In this document: piece after piece, positions 25,961 to 38,590 of the stretch | Layout of the letters: the number at the start of each line of letters is the position of its first letter | How positions within the stretch are numbered: position 1 is the first letter of the stretch | The notes under the pieces: generated by a model | Databases searched by the model: none | Told to the model about the DNA's origin: nothing | Seen by the model: only the letters and a program-made list of their open reading frames with translations | Translations under genes and position numbers: made by a program | Source: Vicugna vicugna | Lineage: Eukaryota | Reading direction: 5' to 3' | Length of the DNA stretch: 64,000 nt | Assembly: GCA_013265495.1 (NCBI GenBank) | Contig: MU057640.1 | Coordinates: 629,303 to 693,302, forward strand

Positions 25961-28021
25961 CAGGGCCCTGCCGGTTACAGCCTGCCAATAACTGCAGGAG
26001 GACAGACCTGCCCGGCCAAGGCCAGATGCCAAGGGTGTGCAGGCGGGTGCACCCAAGCCAGGGGATTTCAGGTTGAGAAGGAGGGGCCAGAGCCCCTGTG
26101 CTGTCTGCCTTGTCTACTGAGGGACCAACTCCTCTTCCTCCTGTCCTTTCCTCCTCTTCTCTTGACCTCTTTTAGGCTGGGGGAGGGCTAGAGATGGGGA
26201 GAGGGGAGCTGTGTTGGGAAAAGAGCCCCTGCCGGGTGTAGTGAGTGGGGAGGAGGTAGGAGAGCCTAGAGTGCTGGAATGGCCAGTGCAGGTGGAGGGT
26301 CGGCCTGACCCTGCCCTCCTATGAATTTTTGGGGGTCTGCAGCCCAGGGCATGAGAGGTGCAGCTAGCATGGTGTGAGAGAGCTGGGCCCCGCATCCTAG
26401 ACTCAGAACTTGAACGTGGACAAGACCCCTGGATAACCTCTCTCTAGTCCATGGATGGGCTTCCAATTTGTCTATTAAACTGTATGTATGTGTCTGCCTG
26501 GTTTCCTCAGAATGTCAAAGGGATCTGTGACATCCCCAAAGCTTTAACACCCCTTGTCACTGCAGCTCCTTCATTTCCCAGATGAGGAAACTGAGGGACG
26601 GTGACTCACTGGGTCCCACAAGAAGTTAATTGCCATCCAGGGCAAATTACCTTTCTCCTAAAAAGGATGTCTGTCAGGAGAGCAGCGGTACTGGGAGCTG
26701 GCCCAGGAGTGGAAACAGCGGACAGAGGGACAGGGGAGGGGAAGAAAGGAAAGCCCAGAATTACCCAGGGATTAACCATCTGCGTGTTTTGTAGGGGCCA
26801 GTCCCCCCCCCCCCCCCCCAGGATACCTGATCCCCTTCTCCAGGTATTGTTCAAGTTCTTTCCCAGGGATGGACTGGACTGTGCTGGGCAAGTAGGGGTG
26901 GGGCTAAGGAGGGAGGAGGGGAGAGACTGAAGGCAGTACCAAGTTGAGTGTGTGTGTGTGTGTCTGTCTGGGTGTGTATGTCTGTGTGAGAAAGGGGTGG
27001 TGGGGGCACCCGAGGGCACAGAAGGTGGACAAACCTTCCTCGGCTGCCCTCCAGACTCAGAAGTCCTCCCAAGGCTCTGGGGCCGGGACCCGTGTGGAGG
27101 GAGGCCGAGGGCCTCCACCGAGATCTTCCTGGGGGCGGTTCCACAGAGTGGTTGCTGGCTGGTCTTCCGTCTTGTCTTAGTTCCAACCCTTATCCTCCCT
27201 CCTCAGTCCCACCGTCTCTCCCTTCCCCACGCTCGCCAGGCAGCCATTACTGGCTTTGAAATCGCAGACTCTGGCAGTAGGAAGGGACCTTAGGGACCAA
27301 AATGTGCTCTGATGGACCTGGGGGCTCCGCGAGATGAACAGGTGGGGAGGGGAGGGACTGAGGCCCCTCCCAACCCCCACCATGCGGGAGCAGCAGTTGT
27401 GACCGATTAGAGGTCCATTTACATTTTTGTTGGGGAAGGAATTTCTTGGTTAAAAACACGAATTCTAAGCTCCTTACCCCCTCCCGCCAACTTATAGAAG
27501 GGGAGACCGAGGTTCAGACTTGTGGAGGTGATAGGGGGTCCCAAGGCTGCGCTGTGTCTCAGGTCAGGCCTCCCAACCCTCAGGCCAATCGTCTGCTTTC
27601 CTCCTTCTCCCTGGGCTCAGCAAGGGATGGGCAGGCCTCGAAAAGAAGCATGGGCCTGGGTGGTTTTTGAGGTGAGGGAAAGGGTGACGTGGGAGCCCCA
27701 GAAAGAGTGCGGCTCTCCTGCTGGCAGAGCCTAGGGAAATCCGGGCCAAGGCGCCCCTGCCAGAATGCTGGATCCTTCCGCTCCCGCCCTCAGGGAAGCT
27801 AGCGGGGAGGGGTGGGGTGGAAGGGAGGCCCCGGTTTCCTCCCCAGGAGGTTTAGGCTCTTTGCTGCTCCAGCCCAGGGATGCTGAGCCCTTGTCAGCTT
27901 GGTGGGAAGCGCTGACAAGCTCGTCTCTGTTTTCCAAGGCTGAGTAGACAGTTGAAAACAGCCCCAGACGCTGAGTGGGGTGCTCCGAGCAGAAGTGGCT
28001 TCTGGGCAGCTGTGGAAGGCC

Positions 28022-28043
28022 TCATTTGCATATATGCTAATGA
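28022..28043. promoter_or_regulatory. Palindromic double octamer (candidate POU-factor site)
   Basis: tcATTTGCATatATGCTAATga: perfect octamer on the reverse strand plus a variant octamer, forming a 22-bp palindrome with one mismatched pair. Confidence 0.4.
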
Positions 28044-29029
28044 ACGCCTGGCTCCTCTCTTTCCTAGCATCATCCAGGCGGACCCAGGTGCTGTTGGAAG
28101 AGCCCCAGATCCTGCATCAAAATTAGCCTCTTGAATAGAGTTTTTGGTCTCCCAATGTGAAATTTCCTTTGAACTCCTTCCAAAACCCTGGGACCCTTCC
28201 CAATCCCCAGCTCTGCCCTCTTCCAGTCATGTTAGCTTCTCAAACCCTAGGAGCAGATTTGGAGACAGCCAGGGGTGGAGGGCAGAGTTCAACCCAGGCA
28301 GCCTCTGGGAAGTTCGAGGTGCTGAGCTTAGCTCCGCCACTGGCTCAGTGTCACCTGGAGTGAGCCACCTAACCTCTCTGCACCACAGTGTCCTTGATGG
28401 GTAAACAAAGAGAGGGGCAGAAGGTCCCTTTCAATTCCAGCTGTCTGCAAATGTTTGTGAATATCTGTGCATTAAGGCTCTTTGGTTGTGAATGCACATA
28501 TCAACTTAAGACCACTAAACTGAAAAACAGCGACATATTAGGAGGACACATGGGTGTCCCAAGAACACATGAGCGGCAATGGGGTGGGTTCAGAAGGGGA
28601 AGGGCAGTGGGGTGGGGAGAACCGTCTCGTCTGTCTCTTCCCTCAGCTTCTTTCTGGGCAACGGCTTTAATTGTGATTTTCTTGAGACCGATTATTCTCT
28701 GCTCCTCAGTGAGAATGAATGTCCCACAACTCCAAGTCCAGGGAAAGTAACCTACACAGACTTTGTCAAATGTCTGCCAGGTGTCTGATTCCAGATTCCT
28801 GGGAGAGACTCTCTGGCTTGAGAGATTGGTCTGGCTCGAGTCAGGTGATCACCGCTGGTCCCATCAGCCATGACCAGGAGGTTAGGCACATGGAGAGAAA
28901 ACATAGATGCCTGAGGCCCATAGTCTGACTCTGGGAGGTTTCCAAGTGCTGGGCAGAGACTCCAGGAGTCCATCACATCCTGCTAAGTGTAAGGTGCTGA
29001 ATATAGTGAGAACCACTGAACCTTTACAA

Positions 29030-29240
29030 TGAGACAGGCACTGGGCTAAACCTATTTCCTACAAGATTCAACAAACCAATGAATTAGATGCTATTATTAT
29101 CTATTTAATCCTCATAAATGTCCCTCCAACTGGGTTCCTTCGGTCTGCCCATTTCACAGGCGGGGAATCTGAAGATCGGTGAGGATAAGTAACTTGCCTG
29201 AGGTCATGCAGCTAATACCAGGCAGAGTTGGGATTCTCAC
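29030..29240 (-). mobile_element. MIR fragments
   Basis: cccatttcacaggcggggaatctgaag...taagtaacttgcctgaggtcatgcagcta...ggcagagttgggattc. Confidence 0.75.
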
Positions 29241-29560
29241 CTGTGTCTCTCTGAGCATCGTATTTATCTTCTTTAAATAATAACCTCTATTTAGTAGAAC
29301 TCTTGTGAAAATTAGTGATGTAACTATGACAAGTGCTTAGTGGAGTGTGGAGTAACCCCTTATTTAGGATGACGTGGCCCTTTGGCAAATGCTAGAAGCC
29401 CTGTAGGAACTGGGGATTCAGTGTCTTCAGTGGTAGGCAATTCTACCTCTAGTCAGTCCTGATTCTTGAAAAGTTCTTTACTACCTGAACTTTCGGACTG
29501 GACTGGAATTGGACGCTCCTTAACGTCTGTCTGCTGGCCCTAACCCTACCCGTTAGGGGC

Positions 29561-30068
29561 TGCAGTAGGCAGAGTTATGGCAACTCAAAAATGTTTACAT
29601 CCTTGTCCTCAGAATCTGTTATGTCACGTGACACAGGGGAATTGCAGAGGGAATTAAGGGAACAGATAGAATTAATGTTGCTAATCAGCTGACCTTAAAA
29701 TAGAGAGATTAAGCTGGATTATACAGACAGGCCAAACGTAATCACAAAGCTCCTTAAAAAGTAGAGTCAGAAGAATCAGTTTCAGAGTGATGTGATATGA
29801 GAAAGACTCAACCAGCCATTCTTGGCTTTGAGGACAGAGGAAGGAGCCTGAGTCAAGCAATGTGGGCAGCATCTAGAAACTGGAAAAGGCGAGATAGTGG
29901 ATTTTCTCCTAGTGCCTCTAGAAAGGAATGCAGCCCTACTGACACCTTGCTTTTAGGACCTCTGACCCTCAGAACCAAAAGATAATAAATCTGTGTGGTT
30001 TTAAGGCACTCTATCATAGCTATAGAAAAACTAATGGGAATGGAATAGAAAGTAGAAAAACTAATACA
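29561..30068 (+). mobile_element. MaLR solo LTR (MLT1-type, MLT1D-like)
   Basis: Starts tgcagtaggcaga; contains gcagcatctagaaactggaaaaggc...gattttctcctagtgcctctagaaaggaatgcagccct and ataataaatctgtgtggttttaag; ends ctaataca. Confidence 0.85.
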
Positions 30069-32259
30069 GGGCATGCCAAGGAAGCCAGATCCTTGAACCC
30101 AGCATTCTGTTCCCCTGAGTGTCTTCTCCTCTAGACTGTATGACCCTGGTTCCTTCAAGTGCTTCTCACATGAATGTTTGCGAGTTCAAGCCATATCAGA
30201 ACCAAGAAGAGATGATCAAGCTTAGCGATCGTGGTTCAATGGTGACTTTCCCTAGAGCCAGGCAACCCAAGCAGCATGGAACGAGTGGAGTCTACTCTGC
30301 AAGGGTTTGCGATTGTATGATGGTGGTGATGGTGGAGAAGAGCCGCTGCAGCTGCAATTGATCACTTCTCAGCCTCTTCCAACACCCTGCTAAATATCAG
30401 AGTAACCTTTAGAGAAGGCAAGAGGCCATCAATTAAATAAATAGATGCCTTGATGGAGAATAGAAGTGTAAACACAGGCACCAACTCATAATTTACTGAT
30501 GGTAAATCAGCCTATTCATTCAGTGAGCTGTTCTCCATCTGCAGTAGAGAAGAAGGAGGAAATCCATCACAATGGTGTGAGGACCTTCATGAGACCTGCC
30601 AAGCAACCAAACAGATTACAGAAAAAAGGCTGGACATCTTCTTCCTGGGGTTACATTTTTTTTTTTAAAAAAAGAGTTTGCCCATGAGTTTGTCTGGAGT
30701 GATTTATGTAATACCTTTGGTGATGTGGAGGGGATGAATTAGATGACCTTGGGACCGTTCATGCCACCTTCTAATTCTAGGCTCCAAAGGTTGTGATTTG
30801 GGCCTGCACATTCACACTCGTGATCCAACCACATACACAAGTTGCTTAATACCGAGAGAAAAACACACTGAAGCATTGTTCCAGTGACCTGAGGATGTGT
30901 ATGACATATTCAGCAAAATCGGGCCAGGGATTAATATTGCTAAGGTCAGCGTGGTCATTTTGGGCACACCATGGGTAATCTTTCATAATCTTTCATAAGG
31001 GCTCACTACTCTTCCGTATCTTAGTTCATCTATAATGGACTGGCAGAGAGAGATGGTTATTAGAAAATAAAATGCACTTAGAGTTCCCCCCATGAATCAT
31101 TTAGGGGAGACACCATGCTTAGCAGAGACTATGAAAATATGGCTGTTAAGGGTAACTCAGTCACTATTTCCGGATGGCTTTCAAGCATGACTACTGACCA
31201 CAGAAATGGGCCTGGATGTGCTGGAGGGATCCAGGGTGGAAGGGAGAACGTGCGGGCGGAGGCTGAGCCCAAGGGGGCGGCCTTCAGGAGTCACCCCGGG
31301 GTGGTACCCACACTGTGAGGCTCTCTTGCAGGAGAGGGGATCCCTTGCCTTACTTTCCTTCATATTCCCACTCTAGGCCAGAGGAGGAGAGGCCAGTTGA
31401 AGATGGAATTAATTTTGCAGACCTGAGGTTTGGGGCAATTAACTGGTAAATGTGTGAGCAGTTCAGGAGAGGGAGGAAGTGGTTTCCTCCCAGCACAGCC
31501 GGTGAGAGATGGTGTGATGTTATCAAGGCTTTGGGGTAACCAGCAAAAAGTGTTGTAATCCCCACTCTGCCCACACTCAGACTATCAGAGCCGTGATAGC
31601 CTAACGACTGGGGCCTCAGGAGCCCGAAGAAGGAGAGAACCGGTGCTCTCTGGGTCAACTATAAATAGAACTTGTTAAGATCTTTCTAGAAGGCTGGGGG
31701 AAAGCAATCAGCTAACTAAAGAACTGTCAGGAGTTTGCCCAAGGGCACCGTTGGACCTAGGCTTTTAGTTTCCTTAACAGTCGGTAACTAAGGGGGAGAC
31801 CTCCTGCTGGAGAGGGGATATGGAGGAAGAGGAAGACGGGGGCTGCACATGGGGCAGGAGGACCCTGCTTTGAATCTTTGCTCTGCCACGTTTCAGCTGT
31901 TCACTTTGCCTGCTCCAGGCTCCTCTGTCTGTAAAGTAAGGGTCAAATGCTTACCTCACAAAATCCTACCCTGTTATGTGAATTGGCAAATGGTTAATAA
32001 ACATACAGTGTCTTTTGGGGTTTGTGGGAAGACAAACTACTGTCCCAGGAAAGAGAGATCTTGGCTCTTGTCCCACCTCCACCACTAACCCGTTTCTCGA
32101 TTGCAGAGCAAGTCCCTGGGTGACTCAGCTGCCCTCTCCTGGAAGTTCTGATTCAAAAGAGGTAGGGTGGGTCCAGGAATTTATTTCTTGTCACCAGAGG
32201 TGTTCGGGAAACACTGGATTAGATTACTGTCTTTTGAGCTCATCAGATCGTGAGGGCTA

Positions 32260-32380
32260 TAGTGTGGAGGTAAAAATGCAGACTCCCAGCCCCTCCAGCA
32301 ACAAGGCCTGGGAAGCTGCGTTTCTAACCAGCACATGAGATGATTCATACGATCAGGCAGGTTTGGCACACACCAGTTGA
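32260..32380 (+). mobile_element. MER5-type hAT DNA transposon fragment
   Basis: aaaatgcagactcccagcccc...ggcctgggaagctgcgtttctaac...gatgattc...ggtttgg. Confidence 0.55.
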
Positions 32381-34784
32381 AATGATACTGAGGGTCAAAG
32401 TCTATGGCTGTTTCCACTCCTAGCTGCCGTTCAGCTAAGACGCACAGGTCTGGCCATCTTGCGGATCAAAATAGGAAACGCTTCCAACTGGCTGACGGTG
32501 GCAATAAACCCCGCCCCACCCCTGCTGTGCCTAGTGTCCCAAGCCAGCCTCCTGACTCCTCTCCCAGGGCCCTCTCCCACCTCTGCACAACCCAGTCACG
32601 AAAGGGTGACCCCCGACCCACAGGGGTCTCCAGGACACTGTCTCACTGAGATGGCCGAGCATCTCTTCTGACTGATGGGTACCTGCACCACGAGTGCTGT
32701 AAAACACTTCAGTGTCACCCCTGCTCACCCTTCTTAAAGCGATAATCAAGTCCTAAACTGTTACACTTTGTGAGGGGACGCAGAAACCAAGAACAACTCA
32801 TGAGTTTCTGAACTTCTCCCTGCTTTGATCTGGTCTTAGTAGCTAGCCCTTTTCTTGGTGGTGGTGGGCAGGCAGCATCTCATACCTTCTCAGAAGGTCT
32901 GTATCAGACTCTGGACTGCAAGCAGCGGCCCCTTGGCTTTATCCACAAGTAGTAGATTGTTCAGGGGCAATGGTGTTCCACCGGGAATCACAGCCTCTGA
33001 GATGCCCCCGTGACTATCCAACACCCTCTGTACAGTTCTGCCCAGATCATGGGGACTGGAGTGTCAGCAAGTCACCTGCCACAGTCACAGCTGAACCTGG
33101 TGGAGCCCATACTTGACGCCACTGCAAGCAGTTCCTGGATGTAAGCCCCTTTCATTAGATTTGAGATGGGGGACAGGCACCTCTCATCCTCCCTTTTGGA
33201 AGAGGTGAGGCTCACAGCACATCAATAATTTTTTTTTCTAAATTAATCTTCTCTACAAACTCTATTCTTTAATTTCTAAAAGCCAGACCATTTTATACCC
33301 TCAGTGTGGGTGTAAGTGAGAAGTTGGAGTTCTGTAACAAGTTTTGGGGGTCTTATCTTAAAAAATGTGCATCTTCTTCTGATACCAAATCAGAACGTCA
33401 CACCTATTGTGTCATGGTGCCTCAGGCAAAACTTTCAGTTTAACATCCTTTTGTATTTACTTTGGACTTGATGCAATTGCAGGTGGAGACAGAGACAGCT
33501 GAGGAACTTCTGATGCTTGAAATACAAACCTGTGTGCACCCCTGTCCATGCCATACATTTCTTGTTGTTGACAGTCTCTCGGGAACCAGCCAATTTGGCT
33601 GAGATCATCAGAAAGTCTCGTGGATGCACTTGGCCAGAGGACACACTGGTAACCTCTTAGTTATCCCTTGGAGAGCATTTTCAGAGAGAGCTCTGGATAC
33701 ACTTTATTTTTCTTCTTGGCTTCTTCCCTTCTCCATGGGAAGACTTGAGTAAGCCTAGCTCTATTGGAGTCAAGTGCAGTTGGATGGGAAAGAATCCCAT
33801 GGCTTTGTTGCAATTCATCCTTATTTTGGATATTTGTATGACTCTCACCTCGTGGGGCTGGGGAGGAGGAGGGGAACTAGTTTCCCAGGGCCTCTGTTGG
33901 AGGAGGAGAGAGGAGAAGCTGCCATCCAGGATTGCACCAGGGATTCCAAGGTGGGGCCGGCCTAGACAGGACCCCCATCCCTCGGGCTGGGTGTATCCAT
34001 TTGTTGTAGCTCTGGGCACGTTTTCCACCTATGGGTGTTTATTCTCTTCTGCAAACTGGTCTGCCACACAACAAGATCAGTGTGAGCTGGCACCCTCTGC
34101 TTGCAACCTCCACGCAGGTCAAAGGACAGGTAGGCACTAGATGAATGCTGAGTGAGTGACTGAAGCCAATCGACTCAATTAGAAGCAGTCTCCAGAGAAC
34201 CTCATTTACATTTAGTTCTGTTAACGCCGCAAGCGTGAGGGCCTTCTAGGTGTCAGCACCACCCAGAGGCGTGACACAGTTATTCTGGCCTGAAGCCAGA
34301 GGAGAGATCAAACGTAGTTCTCCAGCCAAACCTGGTTTAATATACTTATTATGAAAAACGTATGTTGGGGAAAAAAGGAGAGATGAGATAGAAAAAATCA
34401 CCCATAATTCCACCATCAAGATAATGACTATTAATATTTTCTTAAATTGCTCAACTTTCATGCATATTGTTTTAAATTATCGAATTCATTTTCATATGCA
34501 ATTTTGGTTCCATCGCTTCATTTCTAACATCATTTAAAAGTCTCTAAACATCATTTTGATTCCTTATGTAACTTTCCTCCTATTTATAAAAATAGTGGAT
34601 GCTTATTACAGAAAATCTGGAAAAATGGAAAAGTTTTGAGAAGAGGCTAATAACATCATAAAACTTCCATCCAGGCATAGCTATTATATTTCCGTCAAGG
34701 CTTTTTTTTCCTACAAATTTATTTCTATATATTTTACAATATTGACAATTGCATACTGTGTACAGTTTATTTAAATTTTTTAAA

Positions 34785-34867
34785 TTCTTATTTTTTATTG
34801 AAATGTAGTCAATTTACAATATTTCAGGTGTACTGTAAAGTGATTCAATTATATGTAAAGATACATA
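34785..34867 (-). mobile_element. Short L1 3'-end insertion with TSD
   Basis: ttattgaaatgtagtcaatttacaat... between ttaaattttttaaa repeats (34771-34784, 34868-34881). Confidence 0.6.
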
Positions 34868-34945
34868 TTAAATTTTTTAAAATTTTAATGATGTAATATG
34901 TACACATAGTTAAATAAAAATGGCAAGTATAGAAGAGTTTAGGAT

Positions 34946-35093
34946 TAGGGGGAGGATATAGCTTAACTGGTAAATTGCATGCTTAGCATGCGTGAGGTCC
35001 TGGGTTCAACCCCCAGTACCATCATTAAAAAAATAAACCTAATTATCCCCCCCAAAAAATAAAAAATTAAATAAATAAAATTTTTTTTTAAAA
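34946..35093 (+). mobile_element. tRNA-derived SINE, camelid Vic-1-like, full length
   Basis: ggggaggatatagcttaactggt (A box)...gggttcaacccc (B box), A-rich tail with aataaacctaatta; perfect 15-bp TSD agaagagtttaggat (34931-34945, 35094-35108). Confidence 0.88.
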
Positions 35094-35889
35094 AGAAGAG
35101 TTTAGGATGAAAAGCAGTCCTGTTTTCTCCCTCCTTCCACCCCTAGCCCTGATCCTCAGAGGCAGCTGCTTTTAGCCCTTCTGGTATTTTCTTCTGGTGG
35201 TTATGTCAGCCTGTATTTCCAGTTGACATGAGTCCACTGCTACTTCCTGCTTATCAATGTTTGACGTTATCTGCTAGAGTTCCTGCTCTCGTGGTGTGGC
35301 TTCTGTGTCCCTGTCTCCTCCGTGGCAGGAATTCCTCTCTTGTTTACTTTTTACTGTAAGCATTAAACGTCGATCCTTTTAATTTTGCTCTATCAACTGT
35401 ATACAGTTATGTTGACCCTTCATTTTCTATAGGGACTTTATTAAGTCCCCTACCTCACCCCAAAACACACACACACATCTTTTTTCATCTCTCTTCACCA
35501 TATTCCATCCATCAACTTCTGTCTGCAGTACCTTGGCTTTTTCCATGTTAACATTTACATGATGGTCCTGAACAATTAAATTTTCCAGCCCTCCTATAAA
35601 TTCATCTGGAAAAGTAAGAATTAGTAAACAGTGTGCATATCACGGGGGCTACGTCTACGGTTCCCTGCAGAGCCAGGTGGTGCTCCGAGGATGCATTTGC
35701 TGCTAGAACAGCTCTGTGTTTTGCCTAGGCTTTTGTGGTCCTTTTTCTTTGTCTTTACCAAATTCTCTATTTCACTCCAGCTTTTCCATCCAGACAGGTA
35801 ATCCAGCAAGTTTGTTGTTTTGGAAGTTTGTTGTTTGCTGTTCTGGAGGCTCTCCTCCAGGGGACCTCTGTCCTGCTCCAGTTTTTGCC

Positions 35890-37240
35890 TGTCTGATGGT
35901 TTTGTATAAATGGAACATACAGTATATACACTTCTGTGCCTGACTTCTCATTCTCAGTGTAATGCTTGTGAGATTCTCCCGGGTTGTTGTATTCATCAAC
36001 AGTGTGTTCTTTTTATTGCTGAGTAATATTCCACTATATGTAAGGGCCACAATTTGTTCATCCATTCACCTATTGGTGACCATTTGGGTTGTTAGTTTTG
36101 ATGAAGTGATGATGAGTGTTCATATTCAAGTACTTTTATTTCTCTTGGTTAAATACCTAGGAGTGGGACGGCTAGGTTATGTAGTAAGAGTGTGTTTAAC
36201 TTTATGAGAATCTGCCCTCCAAAGTTGGACTGTTTGTAACTCTTACCAGCAAAAAATGAGATTTCTGGTTGCTCCACGTCTTTGCAGTATATTTAGTATT
36301 ATGCACCTTTTTAATGTTAGACTTTCTGTGGGTGTGTAGTGGCATTTCATTGGTTTAATTTGCACTTCTCTGATGATTACTAATGTTGAGCATCTTTTCA
36401 TGTGCTTAATGACTGTTTACATAACTTCCTTTGTGAAGTGACTTCAATTTTTTGCCCACTTTTTAATTGGATTATCATCTGATTTAGTTCTAAGATTTTT
36501 TTTTTTTAGTCAAGTCTTTTGTGAGATAGCCCCATGTGTTTTTGAACCCTGTGTTTTCCCAACTTAATATTGTATTGTAAGCAATTCTTCATGCATTTAT
36601 TTTGTTTGAAAACATATTTATTATTTGTTAATATTCTGCCATACAAATGTATCATTTTTTATTAAATAGTTCTCTTTCTATTGGGCATTTCTTTTTCAAC
36701 TTTCATTTTGTGGTTGCCCTAATAACAGTATAATGCATAGCCTTCTGCAGAAATCTGGTTTGCTCCTTAGGGTAGATTCCTAGAAGCAGAGCAACAGGGT
36801 CACAAGTTAGAGCATATTAAGGGTTTTTTGATATTTGGCGGTAGCCACACTGGTTCCCAAAAGTTTGCATCAATTTCAAGTGCCACCAATTGCAGGCGAA
36901 AACCACACTTTATATCACTATTGCCGGCTCTGGATATCCTTATTTACAAAAAAAAAAAAAGTTGTTAATTTAATGGGTGGTAATGGTAGCTGGTTTTAAG
37001 CTGTATTTCTTTTGGGGGGAGGGGGCGGTAATTAGGTTTATGTATTTATTTTAATGGAGGTACTGGAGATTGAACCCAGGACCTGTACATGCTAAGCACA
37101 CGCTCTACCACTGAGCTATATACCCTCTCCCCTTAAGCTGCATTTCTTAAACTATTAGCGTGGCTGGATATCTTTCCAAGTGTTTGATTGTCATTTATTT
37201 TTCCTCCTCTGTGAATTGTTCATTCATATCCTTTGTTCTC
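35890..37240 (-). mobile_element. Old L1 (L1ME-like) antisense fragments
   Basis: tttttattgctgagtaatattcca, tttgcacttctctgatgattactaatgttgagcatcttttcatgtgc and similar L1 text. Confidence 0.75.
37012..37132 (-). mobile_element. tRNA-derived SINE, Vic-1-like
   Basis: Reverse strand reads ggggagagggtatatagctcagtggtagagcgtgtgcttagcatgtacaggtcctgggttcaatctccagtacc; TSD ttaagctg(t/c)atttctt at 36996-37011 and 37133-37148. Confidence 0.88.
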
Positions 37241-37869
37241 AAATGGGTTTCCGAGTCACATTTCCCATCTTTGTAAAGAGATTGCAGCAGATGAAAGTGT
37301 CCAGCATTGGAGTCAGGGGAGCAGAGAAACATGCAGGTAGCTGACCAGAAAGCCGGGCGCTGGCTCTGGGGGACACCTGGGACCTCCAGGGACCCAGCAC
37401 ACTCCTTCTTTCACACCGGTCAGTTTGTGAAAGTTTGCATTTATTTCTGTAAATAGCAAGGGGGCAACTCTGTCCCCAGAAAGCAGGGACAAAAGCTTGC
37501 CTTCTGAGAGTTAAATTGTAACTTTTTGCCTAATGGAGCACAACAGTGATATGCAAGGTCACCAGACAGGGTCAAAATGGCTCCCAGGCCAGCAAGTTTT
37601 GACAGTAACCGCAACAAAAGAATTGCCAGATCTAAATAATAAGTTTGTCCCCCAGGACGGGGGAGGGGTGGCATTTTCAGTAATCAAAATGAATGTCAAA
37701 ATGCCCCCAGGCCTGTGGGTAAAAAGGTCACATGGATCATAATCCTTAAATTTCACTGGACCCTGCCTCAAACTGATCATGCAGAATGTCTAACCCCTGC
37801 AAAGGGACCCCTGAATGTTTTGAGCCCAGGAGTGCCTCACATATTCTCACAGCAGTTCTCCCACATAGA

Positions 37870-38230
37870 GGTGGGGGTCCCCAGGGATGTATCCCATGAG
37901 CTCACGAATGACAGGCCCCCCACCCAGGTCTTTCTGGGAATCCCTAGGGCCGGTCCCACGTGTGCTCCCAGACGAAACACCCCTTGACAACATTTATGAG
38001 AGTCCCTGGGGAATTCCATGCATCAGATCACAAACAAGTCTTCCCCAAGTAGGTCTGGGGACTCCCCGGGGACTCTCACAGGGTCTCATGGACAAGAGTG
38101 CCCCCAGCATCACAGGAGTCCCCAGGTAGTGTCTCACCTGCACCCCAGCAGCTTCCCCTGCACAAACATCCCTGGGAGTCCCCAGGGAGGGTTGCACCTG
38201 AGTCACAAACAAGGCCTCCCCTTGCCAGCA
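37870..38230 (+). repeat. Degenerate ~60-bp tandem array, 6 units, each with a TCCCNNGGGA-type core
   Basis: Cores start at 37878, 37941, 38003, 38063, 38119 and 38179; a secondary motif like tcacaaacaag recurs downstream of the cores. Confidence 0.75.
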
Positions 38231-38590
38231 CAGCCACTGCTCCAGCTCTAGGCTCTGAGAGTTCTAGAGCCTCCCGTGGACATCAGATGGGGCACTGCCA
38301 ACTCCTGGGGGGATGACACCCCCCTCTAATGGAAGCCTTTGGAACCTTTGGGATGCCAGAGCTGCAGAATAATTTGAAGCACAGTTGGGGTAGAAGCCAT
38401 CTTTCTCCTCAGTTGGAGGGGCGGGCTGTGCCTCAGTGGCTGACGTGGTGTTAGTTGACCGTTCTTTCTATTTTTACTGCCAGTTCTGTTCTTAATGGGA
38501 TTCAGCTAGGAGTCTCGGTGGGCTGGGCCAGAGACACATCCAAAGGACGGAATTATGCCGATGACAGAAGTTTTGTTGCCGGGCTAAGTT

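Noticed and set aside
26803..26819. C17 homopolymer
   Set aside because: Simple run of uncertain sequencing accuracy, with no supporting context.
34948..35020. tRNA gene (also 37060-37132)
   Set aside because: A/B boxes are followed by an A-rich tail and flanked by TSDs, so these are SINE heads, not tRNAs.
37870..38230. CRISPR-like repeat-spacer periodicity (~60 bp)
   Set aside because: Mammalian context, repeats are not identical, spacers share residual similarity (tandem origin), and there are no cas genes.
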